Of a stretch of DNA of 64,000 nucleotides, positions 27,952 through 37,504 are shown in pieces. Under the pieces are notes generated by a model, which was given only the letters and a program-made list of their open reading frames with translations, did no database searches and was not told the DNA's origin. The stretch's first letter is position 1; each line of letters opens with the position of its first letter. The stretch lies in assembly GCA_963823555.1 (NCBI GenBank), contig CAWGMA010000001.1:1312001-1376000 (forward strand). Direction: 5' to 3'. The DNA comes from Candidatus Eiseniibacteriota bacterium (GTDB lineage: Bacteria > Eisenbacteria > RBG-16-71-46 > CAVPCR01). The position numbers were made by a program, and so were the translations under genes.

Positions 27952-29259
27952 CTAGAAGTCCACCCGGAGGCCCAGACGGCCCGGGCCGGCGGCAATTCCA
28001 GCCCGCACCGGGGCTTCCCGGCAGGATGAGGACCCGGGCTGGCTGGGACGCTCCCCTCCCGCCGCGCTCCGGCTGCCTCTCGGAGGGGACGGGGTCCCCA
28101 GATAGGCATCGATCAGGTTGGCCACCCAAACGCCGGCTGTGACGCCGGCCAGGATGTTGCGCGTATCCCGGTGATTCTTCGCGGTCGAGCTCTGGTCCTC
28201 GACGGCGCCCCGGAAGATCTCCACTTCCTCAGGGTCGGCCAGGGGATCCTCGTAGAGCTCCTCGTAGGCCCTGAGGGTGATCAGGGATTCCTCGTAGGCG
28301 TGCTCGGCCATGAGCAGCCCCGTAACCGAGGCCAGGGCCCCCAGAAAGGCGACTTGCCCCGCCCGCTGGCGCCCAGCGTAGTATTGGCCAAGACCGGGCA
28401 CCAGGGAGCGCAGCACCGCTTCTCCCCGGCTCATCGGGCTCAAGCCGAATGTCAGCGACGTGATATCGGCGTCGACCCGGCCAGGACCCGGAGTGAGGAA
28501 GTAGGTATCGATCAGGGAGACCCCCCAGACCGTCCCCATGAACAGGAGCCAATCCCGGCTGGCGTCGCTGGCCGCTTCCGCCGTCGAGGCCTGCGACGCC
28601 GCATCGAGGCGGATCCGGGCTCGCTCATTGGGATCGCCTCCAGTGGCCTCATTGCTGACGCCGAGATCGTCTTCCGCGTTGCCCCGGCGAACCTCGGCGC
28701 CTATCAAGCCGATGACTCCCACTCCCCCGGCCAGGGCGAATCCCGCGCCGCGGTAGGCATCGCCTTGTCCCCCGGTGAGTTCGGCCAGTCCCGGCCACGC
28801 CACCGCCTTGATGACTCCTCCCGCGCTCGTGGGCCGCGGGGAAGAGAGCTCGACGGGGCCTGCATTTCCAGGGAACTCGACTTCGACTCGCTGGTGCTCG
28901 TAGCCGTAGGAGTTGATCTCGAGTCGGTAGGAGCCAAGGAGATCCCCGGGAAGGGCAAGGGGGGTGACCCCGGTCAGACGGCTGGGCCCGATGAGAGCGG
29001 CATCCGCGCGGTCGGGACGCGTGTTGACCGTGTAGTACCCGGGCCTTTCCTCGACCCATGACGGCGTCCGCGGATCGCCTGGTGTCTGTCCGTTAGCGGC
29101 CGCGGCCAGGAAGATGAGGAGGTAGCTGAGTTCGGGGAGCTGGCGGAATGGAGCCCGGTGGGTCGTGTCGAGTCGAGGCAAGCCGTTTCCTCCCCTGGAG
29201 AACCCCTGGGCGTGGATCCCCGGTAGCAGGTGCGAGGCCTGCTGGCCGCCGCCCTTCAT
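27952..29259 (-). CDS. Membrane protein with PEGA-like segment and two DUF5683-like repeats
   Basis: VNTRPDRA..GVTP..GSYRLEI...GY followed by two units (AVAWPGLAEL...WGVSLIDTY; RSLVPGLGQYY...WVANLIDAY); start uncertain. Confidence 0.6.
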   Translation of the reverse strand: MKGGGQQASHLLPGIHAQGFSRGGNGLPRLDTTHRAPFRQLPELSYLLIFLAAAANGQTPGDPRTPSWVEERPGYYTVNTRPDRADAALIGPSRLTGVTPLALPGDLLGSYRLEINSYGYEHQRVEVEFPGNAGPVELSSPRPTSAGGVIKAVAWPGLAELTGGQGDAYRGAGFALAGGVGVIGLIGAEVRRGNAEDDLGVSNEATGGDPNERARIRLDAASQASTAEAASDASRDWLLFMGTVWGVSLIDTYFLTPGPGRVDADITSLTFGLSPMSRGEAVLRSLVPGLGQYYAGRQRAGQVAFLGALASVTGLLMAEHAYEESLITLRAYEELYEDPLADPEEVEIFRGAVEDQSSTAKNHRDTRNILAGVTAGVWVANLIDAYLGTPSPPRGSRSAAGGERPSQPGSSSCREAPVRAGIAAGPGRLGLRVDF

Positions 29260-29311
29260 GGGCAAGCCGCGGAGGGTCTTGCCGCGGCTGCCGGCCGTTG
29301 CGGCCGCCACG

Positions 29312-30226
29312 CTAGGTGATGCCTCCCCCACCGTCAAGCTGTGGAGCCTGCTCGGGCCGTGCTACGGGCCCCGTTAGCGGGAAACCGGCCTCCGCCAGCG
29401 CCTCGCGCATCGGCCCGAAGCGGAATCGGCTGAGCAGATGCGTGAGCCGCTCCTCGGTCGAGTCGAGGTTCGCGTAATGCGTGAAGCCGCCGAGGTGCCC
29501 GCCCCCGATCCTGGGTTGCCCAGGGTCCACCTCCCAGGGGTGGACGTTGACCACCGCCGGGTGCCCCTGCCGGTTGAGCTGGGCGATCGCGGCGGCCGAG
29601 ATCGCCAGCGGGAACAGGCGCAAGTACCCGCCTGAGGCCGCAGGGATGTTCATGTTGCCCACGCGCCAGGTGGTGAGTGGGAACTCGATGAGCCCGTCGA
29701 TCGCGTAGGGGTGTCGCGGCGCGCTGGGAATCCCGTAACGGGAGCGCCGGATGGGGTAGACGCTGGAATCGTAGAGATAGCCCGCGGCGCGGATGCTGGC
29801 GAACGCCCACAGGTTGCGCTCGGTTATCGAATAGGAAGGTGCCCGGTAGCCGAGGATCGGCTCTCCGGTGAGGTCGGCCAGCAGGTGCCGTGCGGTCGTG
29901 ATGTCACGGGCGAATTCCTCTTGATCCTGTTCATAGACCAGACGGTGCTCGTGGCCATGCGACGCAACCTCATGCCCTCGCGCATGGATCTCTCGGACCA
30001 GTGACGGAAAGCGCTCTGCATTCCAGGTGAGGACGAAGAAGGTGCCCCGGACATGATGATGATCGAGAAGCGCGAGCAGGCGTCGCGTGTTGGCCGTGAT
30101 CCGGCTCTCATAGCGCTCCCAATCGCGCCGGTCGATGCGGTGAGCGAAGTTCTCGACCTGGAAATAGTCCTCGACGTCGACGGTGAAGGCATTCAGCAAC
30201 GCGAATCTCCCCTCGATATCTTTCAA
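29312..30226 (-). CDS. Polysaccharide deacetylase (XrtA/PEP-CTERM-locus type, DUF3473)
   Basis: NAFTVDVEDYFQ, GHEVASHG, GYRAPSYS, YDSS, GGYLRL, HPWE.DP. Confidence 0.9.
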   Translation of the reverse strand: MKDIEGRFALLNAFTVDVEDYFQVENFAHRIDRRDWERYESRITANTRRLLALLDHHHVRGTFFVLTWNAERFPSLVREIHARGHEVASHGHEHRLVYEQDQEEFARDITTARHLLADLTGEPILGYRAPSYSITERNLWAFASIRAAGYLYDSSVYPIRRSRYGIPSAPRHPYAIDGLIEFPLTTWRVGNMNIPAASGGYLRLFPLAISAAAIAQLNRQGHPAVVNVHPWEVDPGQPRIGGGHLGGFTHYANLDSTEERLTHLLSRFRFGPMREALAEAGFPLTGPVARPEQAPQLDGGGGIT

Positions 30227-31446
30227 GTCGGCGTGGGCAGAGCCCGGTCGCCTCGTAGCTCATCGTAGACCGCTGCCGTGGCCTGCGCCATGGCCCGGCG
30301 AGAGAAGCAGGCGGCAACGAGGGCCTGGCCGGCGGCAGCCAGCTGTCGACGAAGCTCCGGGTCGGAAAGCAGTCGCTCGAGGCCATCGACCATGCCCTCC
30401 ACATCCCTGGGCATGAAGGTGAGGACTGGTGGGGTGCCCCGTTCCTCCCCCGCCCTGATGATGTCTCCGACCCCGCCGACTGGAGTGACGAGTGCGGCGC
30501 GCCCGGCAGCCAGCGCTTCGAGCAGGGCGAGCGGCAGCCCTTCCCGCCACGAAGGCATGCAGAATACATCCAGGAGCTGGTAAAGCGCGGGCGTGTCGGT
30601 GCGGAGTCCCGCAAAGCGGACTCGCTCGGCGATGCCGAGGCGGCGTGCGAGATCGGCGAGCGGAGCCCGCTCACTCCCCTCACCCACCAGGAGCACCTGG
30701 AGCTCGGAATGGCGAGGGAAGAGCCGTGCCACGGCATGAATGAGCGTGTCGAGTCCCTTCTCCTTGCTCAAGCGCCCGATCGACCCAACGATCACCGAGT
30801 CGCTGTCGAGGCCGAGCTCCGCGCGGAGCGATGGCGGTGGCGGACGCTGGTCGGCGAAGCGATGGACATCGATCCCGTTCGAAATGAGCAGTGGGCGGAG
30901 CCCGCGCCGGGCTTCGGCAGCGCGCATCGGCTCCGACACGCAGATCACCCGATCGAAGCGGCGCACCAGACGAGTCTCCAACGACTCGTAGAGACGGAGC
31001 TTCCAATCGGTGCCGACACGGCCGTGGAGAGTGGCGACGCGCGGTGTCGCCGCCACGCGCGCCAGGGCGATCAGGGCATTCGACTTGTAGTCATGACCGT
31101 GCAGGATGACTGCGCCCTCGATGGTGGCGAGCCGCCGGAGATGAGCGGCGGCTCGACTCAGGTCGAAGCGCGAGGCGAGGACGAGCGGCCGCACCGGGAC
31201 CCCGAGCTCGGCTCCCGCGTGGCGCAGCGCCTGACCGCTGCCATCGGATTCGAGAAGGGGAACGAGAACGGCACGATAGCCAGTCGCGCCGAGCTCCGTG
31301 CAAAGATCGAGGACGACACGATCGGCGCCGAAGATCCCGCCGGAGGAACGCAAATGGAAGACCGTGGGCATCCGCGCCGGCACCGGTCCGGGGGTAGCTC
31401 CGGTCATGGCCTGGGGCCGGGGCTCGGAGCAGGGCATGCCCGTCAT
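30223..31446 (-). CDS. Glycosyltransferase family 4
   Basis: IGRLSKEKG, PSWREGLPLALLEALAAG. Confidence 0.92.
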   Translation of the reverse strand: MTGMPCSEPRPQAMTGATPGPVPARMPTVFHLRSSGGIFGADRVVLDLCTELGATGYRAVLVPLLESDGSGQALRHAGAELGVPVRPLVLASRFDLSRAAAHLRRLATIEGAVILHGHDYKSNALIALARVAATPRVATLHGRVGTDWKLRLYESLETRLVRRFDRVICVSEPMRAAEARRGLRPLLISNGIDVHRFADQRPPPPSLRAELGLDSDSVIVGSIGRLSKEKGLDTLIHAVARLFPRHSELQVLLVGEGSERAPLADLARRLGIAERVRFAGLRTDTPALYQLLDVFCMPSWREGLPLALLEALAAGRAALVTPVGGVGDIIRAGEERGTPPVLTFMPRDVEGMVDGLERLLSDPELRRQLAAAGQALVAACFSRRAMAQATAAVYDELRGDRALPTPT

Positions 31447-32636
31447 GGGTCCGCTCCGGTCCGTCCTCCCCGGCGACGTCGGGATCGAAGCTCCTCCGAG
31501 TAGAGATCGCTGTAGCGACGAAGCATGACGGCAAGAGCGAACTCCGATCGGGCGCGGGCGCGCGCCGCGGAGCCGAGTCGATGCGCCTCCTCGGGGGAGG
31601 CCAGCAGACGATCCAGCGCAATCGCCAGCGGTTCCGGGTCTCCCGGGGGCACCAGGAGCCCGGTTGGGACTCCCTCCCCGAGGACTTCGGCGTTCCCGCC
31701 GACTGCTGTCGCCACGATCGGCAGGCCGGCGGCCATGGCCTCGATCAAGGCCAGCGACTGACCCTCGGACAACGATGGCAAGGCGTAGATATCGAAGGCG
31801 GCGAGGAGGTCGGGAACGTCATCACGGAAACCGAGCAGATGGAGACGATCGGCGAGGCCAAGCGCGGCCGCCTCCGAGCGCAGGACGGCCTCCTCGTCGC
31901 CGCGCCCGGCAATGACGACATGCACTGGTTGGTCCATGCGGGATGCCGCTTCAAGCAGCGTGCGGTGTCCCTTCACCGGATAGAGATTGCCCACCGCGCC
32001 GATGACGCGGGCGCCGGGATCGAGCCCGAGCAGAGCGCGCCCACGGGCGCGATCGCCCCTGGCAGGGCGGTCGACGTCGATGCCGTTGGGGATCACCCGC
32101 ACCGGACCGAGGCCCAGCTCGGCGGTAAGGAAGTGCTGAATGTCGCTGGAGACGGCAACGATCCTCGTGCCCAGGCGGGCGGCGAGCTTCAAGGCCTTGA
32201 TCCGCCTCCCCGCTTCGGCGTAGTAGCCGCGCCCGTGCACGGTGGCCACGGCCGGGACGCGGGCGCAAGCTGCGGCGAGTCCGCCATAGACATTCATGGT
32301 GAATTCATGAGCGTGCACGATATCAACGCCGGCGCTACGGATGTGGCGGGCCAGGCGCCAGGCCAGTGCGGGGTCGATGGCGCGGCGCAGCGTGAAGAAG
32401 ATCGGTTCCCGTCCCTGGGCGCGGATCTCTCGCGCCACCCAGCCCTCCTTGAGGAGGCCGACGGTGCTTCGATACTCCCCCGCTTGCTCGAGCGCGAGGG
32501 CCAGGTTGATCAGGACACGCTCAGCCCCGCCCGGTCCCCCGGTCTCGATGAGATGCAGAACGTGAGTCGGCCGGACATGAGCTCGCGGGTCCGGCGTAGA
32601 TGCCAGCCGCGGATGGGTCGGGCCCGCCGCGCTCAT
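31443..32636 (-). CDS. Glycosyltransferase family 4
   Basis: GGAE, VGNLYPVKG, PSLSEGQSLALIEAMAAG; ATGA overlap with upstream stop. Confidence 0.92.
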   Translation of the reverse strand: MSAAGPTHPRLASTPDPRAHVRPTHVLHLIETGGPGGAERVLINLALALEQAGEYRSTVGLLKEGWVAREIRAQGREPIFFTLRRAIDPALAWRLARHIRSAGVDIVHAHEFTMNVYGGLAAACARVPAVATVHGRGYYAEAGRRIKALKLAARLGTRIVAVSSDIQHFLTAELGLGPVRVIPNGIDVDRPARGDRARGRALLGLDPGARVIGAVGNLYPVKGHRTLLEAASRMDQPVHVVIAGRGDEEAVLRSEAAALGLADRLHLLGFRDDVPDLLAAFDIYALPSLSEGQSLALIEAMAAGLPIVATAVGGNAEVLGEGVPTGLLVPPGDPEPLAIALDRLLASPEEAHRLGSAARARARSEFALAVMLRRYSDLYSEELRSRRRRGGRTGADP

Positions 32637-34651
32637 GACGCATCTCCGGCATTCGCGCGGCGCGAAGTCGCAGTGCGGCGGCGAAGGGTGTCGCGGCCGG
32701 AGCGCAGGTGCGCGTACGTATGGCTCAGAGCGCTGAGCGTCCAGGCCGTGGGTCCCGGGGGCGGTGCGGCGCCGCTGAGTCCGAGGAAGCGCCCGCGTAG
32801 CTCGAAGCGGCCGGCGCGGAGCGCGGCGAAGATCGCCGCCTGCGACCGCTCGCCGGCCTCGACCAGGAGCTCGAGATCCGCCGGCGAGTCGAGGGCATGC
32901 AGGTCGAGGGCGGCGAAGCCGCGGAGCTGTGGATTCGCCTTCCACCAGCGGTGCCACAATTCCATGGCATCGGCCCCGGGGGCGAGCCAGCCGTCCTTGG
33001 TGATGTTCCAGACTTCGATGCCGTCGACGGCGGCAGCGAGTTCGGTCGGGTGATCCGTCCCATAGGCAGCGGGATGAGCGACCACCGCCAGGCCGTCGTG
33101 GCGACGGACGTGGGCGGCGACGACGAAGGGATCGTCGGATGCGGTCGGTACCGGGACCCCGAGGCCGAGAATGTGGAGGCGGCGACGGCAGGAGAACTCG
33201 ACTCCTGGAATCACGAGAAACGACTCGCTCGAGGCTTGAGCCGCGTCGCGGGCCATGGCCTCCAGATCGGCTGCCTCGAGCCCGTCCGAGTGCTCCGTGA
33301 TGCAGATGAAATCGAAGCCCCGCCCGCGGAAGAACCGCGCGAGCTCGGCCACCGTCACCATCCCGTCGTAGGAGTAGCGCGAGTGCACATGGATGGCGCC
33401 GCGGAGCCGGCGCCCCTGCCCCATCGCTGCCGGGGTCTGGCCCCGAGCGTGGGCGGCGGGTGCTGGCGCGCGCAGATCGCGGACATACGCCGTGAGCTCG
33501 CAGAGCGCCGGCCCGGGATCGCTCGCGCGAAAGACCTCACCCTGTCCAGCGAACGGATTGAGGAAGGCGGCCACGGCACGGAGACGAGATGGAGTATCGG
33601 GCGGCAGGTCGCGGCTGTCACGGGCGCGGAGACGGATGAGGAGGTGATCGAGATCACCGAGCTCCCAGCGCAGGCGCGTGCCCACGCGGTAGTTCGTGAC
33701 AGGGAGCGGCGTCTCGCCGACCGCGAGCTGGTAGAGGAGCCACGGGAAATCCACACCGGCGGCGATGGCCAGGGCCAGGGAGCCCCAGAACCGCGGGTTC
33801 ATCTCCATGAGCCGCGGTCGCCCATCACGCGCATCCACCTTGAACTCGATCATGCAGACGCCATGCCACTCGAGCGCCGCCAACAGCCGCTCCGCGGCCG
33901 CGGCCAGTTCCGGGGGAACCGCGATCGACTCGGAGAGCACGCTGACTCCACCGGAGGGAGGCTTCTCGCGCAGGCGCCGGTGAGCGAAGCGGGCGAGCAC
34001 ACGGCCGTGATCGGCCAGGAGGAAGATCCCCATCCCGTAGCCGGGTATGCGCTCCTGGATGAGCGGATCGGGAATGCGAGCGCTCAGCGTCTCCCATGCC
34101 GGAACGAGCTCGGCGGCGGAGTGCACGTAGGCGACTCGTCCCTCGATGAGGCCGTGTGCTGTCCGGTGGCGAGAACGTCGCGGTTTGAGGACGACCGGGT
34201 AATCGAGTGCCGGAGCCAGGGAGCGTACCTGGTCCACATCGCCAGGGCTCCACGTGCGCGGCGACTCCACGCCGACGGTACGGGCCACCTCCAGGAGTCG
34301 GCCCTTGTCCCAGGCCTGAGCCAGAGCCTCGGCGCTGGGTATGGGCAAGAGGGCGCCGGCCAGCCGGTCGCGCGCGGCATCGACCACGGCCAGGCTGGCA
34401 TCGGTCAGTGGGAACCAGACCTGCCCTGGCTCGCGACGCGCCAGCGCCTCGAGCTCGGCGGCGAGTGCGTCAGGCGCGCTCATCGGGCTCGGCATGAGAA
34501 TCCGGCGGGTGGCATGGCGGGAAGCACCCGCGAGGGGATCGCTCCGAGCGGCAGCCACCGAGACCGGTACGCCGCGCCGGCCCAGGCTCCGGGTCACGGC
34601 GAGAGCGACTCGCTCTTCCCCGTCGAGAACGAGCGCGGGGGGCCGCATCAT
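32633..34651 (-). CDS. ATP-grasp ligase fused to C-terminal PHP-family metallohydrolase domain
   Basis: YPVVLKP, IQERIPG, MIEFK, MEMNPRFWGS; then HVHS..SYDG, ITEH, GVE, AHP, GIEVWN, DLH. Confidence 0.85.
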   Translation of the reverse strand: MMRPPALVLDGEERVALAVTRSLGRRGVPVSVAAARSDPLAGASRHATRRILMPSPMSAPDALAAELEALARREPGQVWFPLTDASLAVVDAARDRLAGALLPIPSAEALAQAWDKGRLLEVARTVGVESPRTWSPGDVDQVRSLAPALDYPVVLKPRRSRHRTAHGLIEGRVAYVHSAAELVPAWETLSARIPDPLIQERIPGYGMGIFLLADHGRVLARFAHRRLREKPPSGGVSVLSESIAVPPELAAAAERLLAALEWHGVCMIEFKVDARDGRPRLMEMNPRFWGSLALAIAAGVDFPWLLYQLAVGETPLPVTNYRVGTRLRWELGDLDHLLIRLRARDSRDLPPDTPSRLRAVAAFLNPFAGQGEVFRASDPGPALCELTAYVRDLRAPAPAAHARGQTPAAMGQGRRLRGAIHVHSRYSYDGMVTVAELARFFRGRGFDFICITEHSDGLEAADLEAMARDAAQASSESFLVIPGVEFSCRRRLHILGLGVPVPTASDDPFVVAAHVRRHDGLAVVAHPAAYGTDHPTELAAAVDGIEVWNITKDGWLAPGADAMELWHRWWKANPQLRGFAALDLHALDSPADLELLVEAGERSQAAIFAALRAGRFELRGRFLGLSGAAPPPGPTAWTLSALSHTYAHLRSGRDTLRRRTATSRRANAGDAS

Positions 34652-35724
34652 GGCGTTCTCCCCCGGCGTGTCCGGCGCAACTCATCGAAGAACCCGAGCA
34701 CCTCGCAGGCGAAGATGGATGTCGAGAAGCCAAAGAGCCCACGGGAGCTGCCTTCACTGATGTTCTTGCGCCGAATCGCAAAGTCCTGAAGGCAGCCGGG
34801 GTCCGGTGCCTCGTCGGTGACGACGGCGAGCGCGAAGCCGGCGTCGCGCACGGCGCGGGACAGCTCCGGACTGGCGTTCCCGTTCGGATAGGCGAAACAG
34901 GACGGTGGTTCACCGAACTCGTCGGCCAGGCGTTGCCGCGACCCTCGAATCTCGGTCGAGGCCCGCGCCGGCTCCAGTCGGGTCAGGATGGCATGGGTGG
35001 CGCCGTGGGCGCCGATCTCCACCCCCGCCGCGCGGATCTCCGCCACCTGGGTCCAATCGAGGAGGCGGGGGGCAAGACCTTCGGCCCGGCATCCGGTCTT
35101 CTGCTCGATCAAGGTGAGCATATGGTCCCGTTCCTCGTCCGTCATGTCCTTGGCGGCCTCGATCAATCGATCGAGCGCGGAAGGCAGCACCTGCTCGCCC
35201 GTTCCGGCGACCTCGAGGAGCGCCGACATCACGGGCGCCGGAAGGCCGTCGAGCGCGCCGGAATCGAGCCTTTGCCGTTCGTCCCGCGACAGCATGTAGA
35301 TCAGGCGCTCGGGCCAGAACAGGTGGTTGGTACCGAGCAGCTCGGTGACGACGAAGAGCGTGGCCGGCAGGCCCGCGGAGCGCAGCACCGGCAGGGCGTG
35401 GGCATGGTTGTCGGCCCAGCCATCATCGAACGTGATGGCGCAGAGGCCGGGATCCTGCGCGCTGGCCGCCCGGACCAGAGGCACGACGTGAAATAGGCGG
35501 CTCAAGAGCCGGATCTGGCGCGCAAACGTCGCGGTCGAGACCACGATGCCGGCCTGGGAGAGGTCCGTGCCGAGGCTGGGAGGCAGAACGCGGTGATAGG
35601 TGACGATGAGGGGCCTGCCCCGCAACCGCCGGCCCTGGGCGCGCCACCACAGCGTGAGAAGTCCGGTTCGGTAGAGGAGTCCGGCGATCAGCTGCTTCAG
35701 CGCGCGCGCAGCGAACGCGATCAT
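34648..35724 (-). CDS. Polysaccharide deacetylase (CE4/NodB-like)
   Basis: TYHRV, ITFDDG, GAHGATH, FAYPNG. Confidence 0.9.
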   Translation of the reverse strand: MIAFAARALKQLIAGLLYRTGLLTLWWRAQGRRLRGRPLIVTYHRVLPPSLGTDLSQAGIVVSTATFARQIRLLSRLFHVVPLVRAASAQDPGLCAITFDDGWADNHAHALPVLRSAGLPATLFVVTELLGTNHLFWPERLIYMLSRDERQRLDSGALDGLPAPVMSALLEVAGTGEQVLPSALDRLIEAAKDMTDEERDHMLTLIEQKTGCRAEGLAPRLLDWTQVAEIRAAGVEIGAHGATHAILTRLEPARASTEIRGSRQRLADEFGEPPSCFAYPNGNASPELSRAVRDAGFALAVVTDEAPDPGCLQDFAIRRKNISEGSSRGLFGFSTSIFACEVLGFFDELRRTRRGRTP

Positions 35725-37163
35725 GAGCCCACCGTCCGGGAGGAGGGTCGAGTTGCCTTGAGATCCCCGGCAGCTGGTTCGGGACCAGACGGCGGAGCCG
35801 CGGCCTTGACCATGACGGAGGAAGGAGTCCGGAGCAGCTCCGCGAGCGTTCGCGTCATCACCTCGACTTCGCGCTCGCCGATGTGCGGATACGTGGGCAG
35901 ACAGAGCAGTCGCTCGGCCAGCTGCTCTGCTCTTGGAAAGCGCGCTCCGGATCGCGGTTGGTTTCGGGTCAGGGCTGGGATCGCCGTAACCGGGGCCGGA
36001 TAGAGCCGGCTGGCGCCGATGCCGGCGGCTCTGAGCGCGCGGTAGGCGCGCTCGCGAAGCGCTGCCGTTTCGAGCAGGACCGGGAAGCGCAAGTGGATCG
36101 CCTCGCTGTCGGGTGCGTTCGCAAGGAACGATAGGCCGCTCAGCGAAGTCAGCCTCCGGGCGAGCTCCTCCCCGATCCGCCGCCGCGCTCGATTGGCGGC
36201 CTCGAGCCGGGCCAGGCCGCGGGCGGCGAGCGCGATGCGAAAGGAGTCGAGGCGCCGGATGGGAAAGGCCGGGTCATAGGTGGTCGAGCCGAGCTTGAGG
36301 AATGGGAGCCGGGCCGGAAGCCAGTAGAGGCCGGGACCGAGCAGGGGCGACATCGCGACGGCCTCCAGTACCCGGGCCGCAGCCGGGATGGCGGGAGCCG
36401 GGGCGAGATCTCCGAGCGCCGGTTCGAGCAGAGCAGCGATCTGCGGATCGGCGCTGGTAATGGCGCCACCGCCCAGTGCGCTGAGCGGCTTGCCGCGGCC
36501 GAAGCTCAAGATACCGAGATGTCCCCCGCTGCCGACCGCCCGCCCGCGATGCCGGGCCCCGAGGGCCTGCGCCGCGTCGTCGATGACGAGGGTCCTCGAG
36601 TTCTCGGCGGCGCGTGCGATCGGTTCGAGGTCGATGGGAAATCCGAGGAGGTGCGGCACGATCACGGCCAGGGTGTGCGGCCCGAGGTGGGGCGCCACCG
36701 ATTCTGCATCAAAGGAGAGGCTTGCCGGCGCGCAGTCGACGAGACGGAGCTTGAGTCCCGCCCGGACCACGGCTGCGGGCACGGTGAAGCAGGTGTAGGC
36801 CGGCACGACGACCTCGTCGCGTCCGGGCCGCGCGGCATGCAGGGCGGCGAGAGCGACAGCGAGGGCGGCGCGCCCCGAGATGACAGGGGCGGCGAGTTGC
36901 ACTCCCAGTTTTGTGGTGAACGCAGTCCGGAAGTCGGCGTCCGCTCGGTTCGCATCGATCGACGCCGCCAGCGCCTGCAAGATGTGGCCGGCCTCCACCG
37001 GGAAGCCCACGGGGGGTGTGAGCGGCCTTCCCCAGGATGGCACCACTTCATCTCCAGGACCCAGCACGAAGGGCTCCTCCCCTTCGAGCTCACTGCTTCC
37101 GGGCAATCGAGGCCCTGAAGTGGAGCTGAGCGGCTCGGGTCGGGATGAGCGTTCGGTCGTCAT
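35721..37163 (-). CDS. DegT-family PLP-dependent aminotransferase-like protein
   Basis: SGRAAL, PAYTC, DDAAQALG, SFGRGKPL..GGG, LPTYP; start uncertain. Confidence 0.82.
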   Translation of the reverse strand: MTTERSSRPEPLSSTSGPRLPGSSELEGEEPFVLGPGDEVVPSWGRPLTPPVGFPVEAGHILQALAASIDANRADADFRTAFTTKLGVQLAAPVISGRAALAVALAALHAARPGRDEVVVPAYTCFTVPAAVVRAGLKLRLVDCAPASLSFDAESVAPHLGPHTLAVIVPHLLGFPIDLEPIARAAENSRTLVIDDAAQALGARHRGRAVGSGGHLGILSFGRGKPLSALGGGAITSADPQIAALLEPALGDLAPAPAIPAAARVLEAVAMSPLLGPGLYWLPARLPFLKLGSTTYDPAFPIRRLDSFRIALAARGLARLEAANRARRRIGEELARRLTSLSGLSFLANAPDSEAIHLRFPVLLETAALRERAYRALRAAGIGASRLYPAPVTAIPALTRNQPRSGARFPRAEQLAERLLCLPTYPHIGEREVEVMTRTLAELLRTPSSVMVKAAAPPSGPEPAAGDLKATRPSSRTVGS

Positions 37164-37295
37164 CTGGTTCTTGAGCTGGATCGGACTGGCGCCGATCTCG
37201 ATAGGGTGCCGAAGGCCAGCAAGCCTTGGTGCGGTAGCGTCAGGACGAGGATCCAGCTGCCCACGGACAGCGCGATCGGGGGGCACCACCGGCAG

Positions 37296-37324
37296 AGCCT
37301 ATCCTGGCCGCCCGGACTGCTCAA
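37296..37324 (-). promoter_or_regulatory. Sigma70-type promoter (TTGAGC-N17-TAGGCT) for the 29.3-37.2 kb operon
   Basis: 17-nt spacing, lies in the divergent intergenic region. Confidence 0.4.
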
Positions 37325-37504
37325 GGTCCGTTCGCCGGGATTCTCCGCCCCCATCGCCGGGTTATCGGCAGGTCGGTGCTCCTTCTCGCGGTTCGGCGCC
37401 GGAGACGGCATGGAGCTGGAAGCGGTGGCCTGCTAACCTACAGCCCGCTCGCCGTCGATTCATCATCCAGAAGCCGGGAGGCATGCGGTGGTCCAATCCG
37501 AGGC

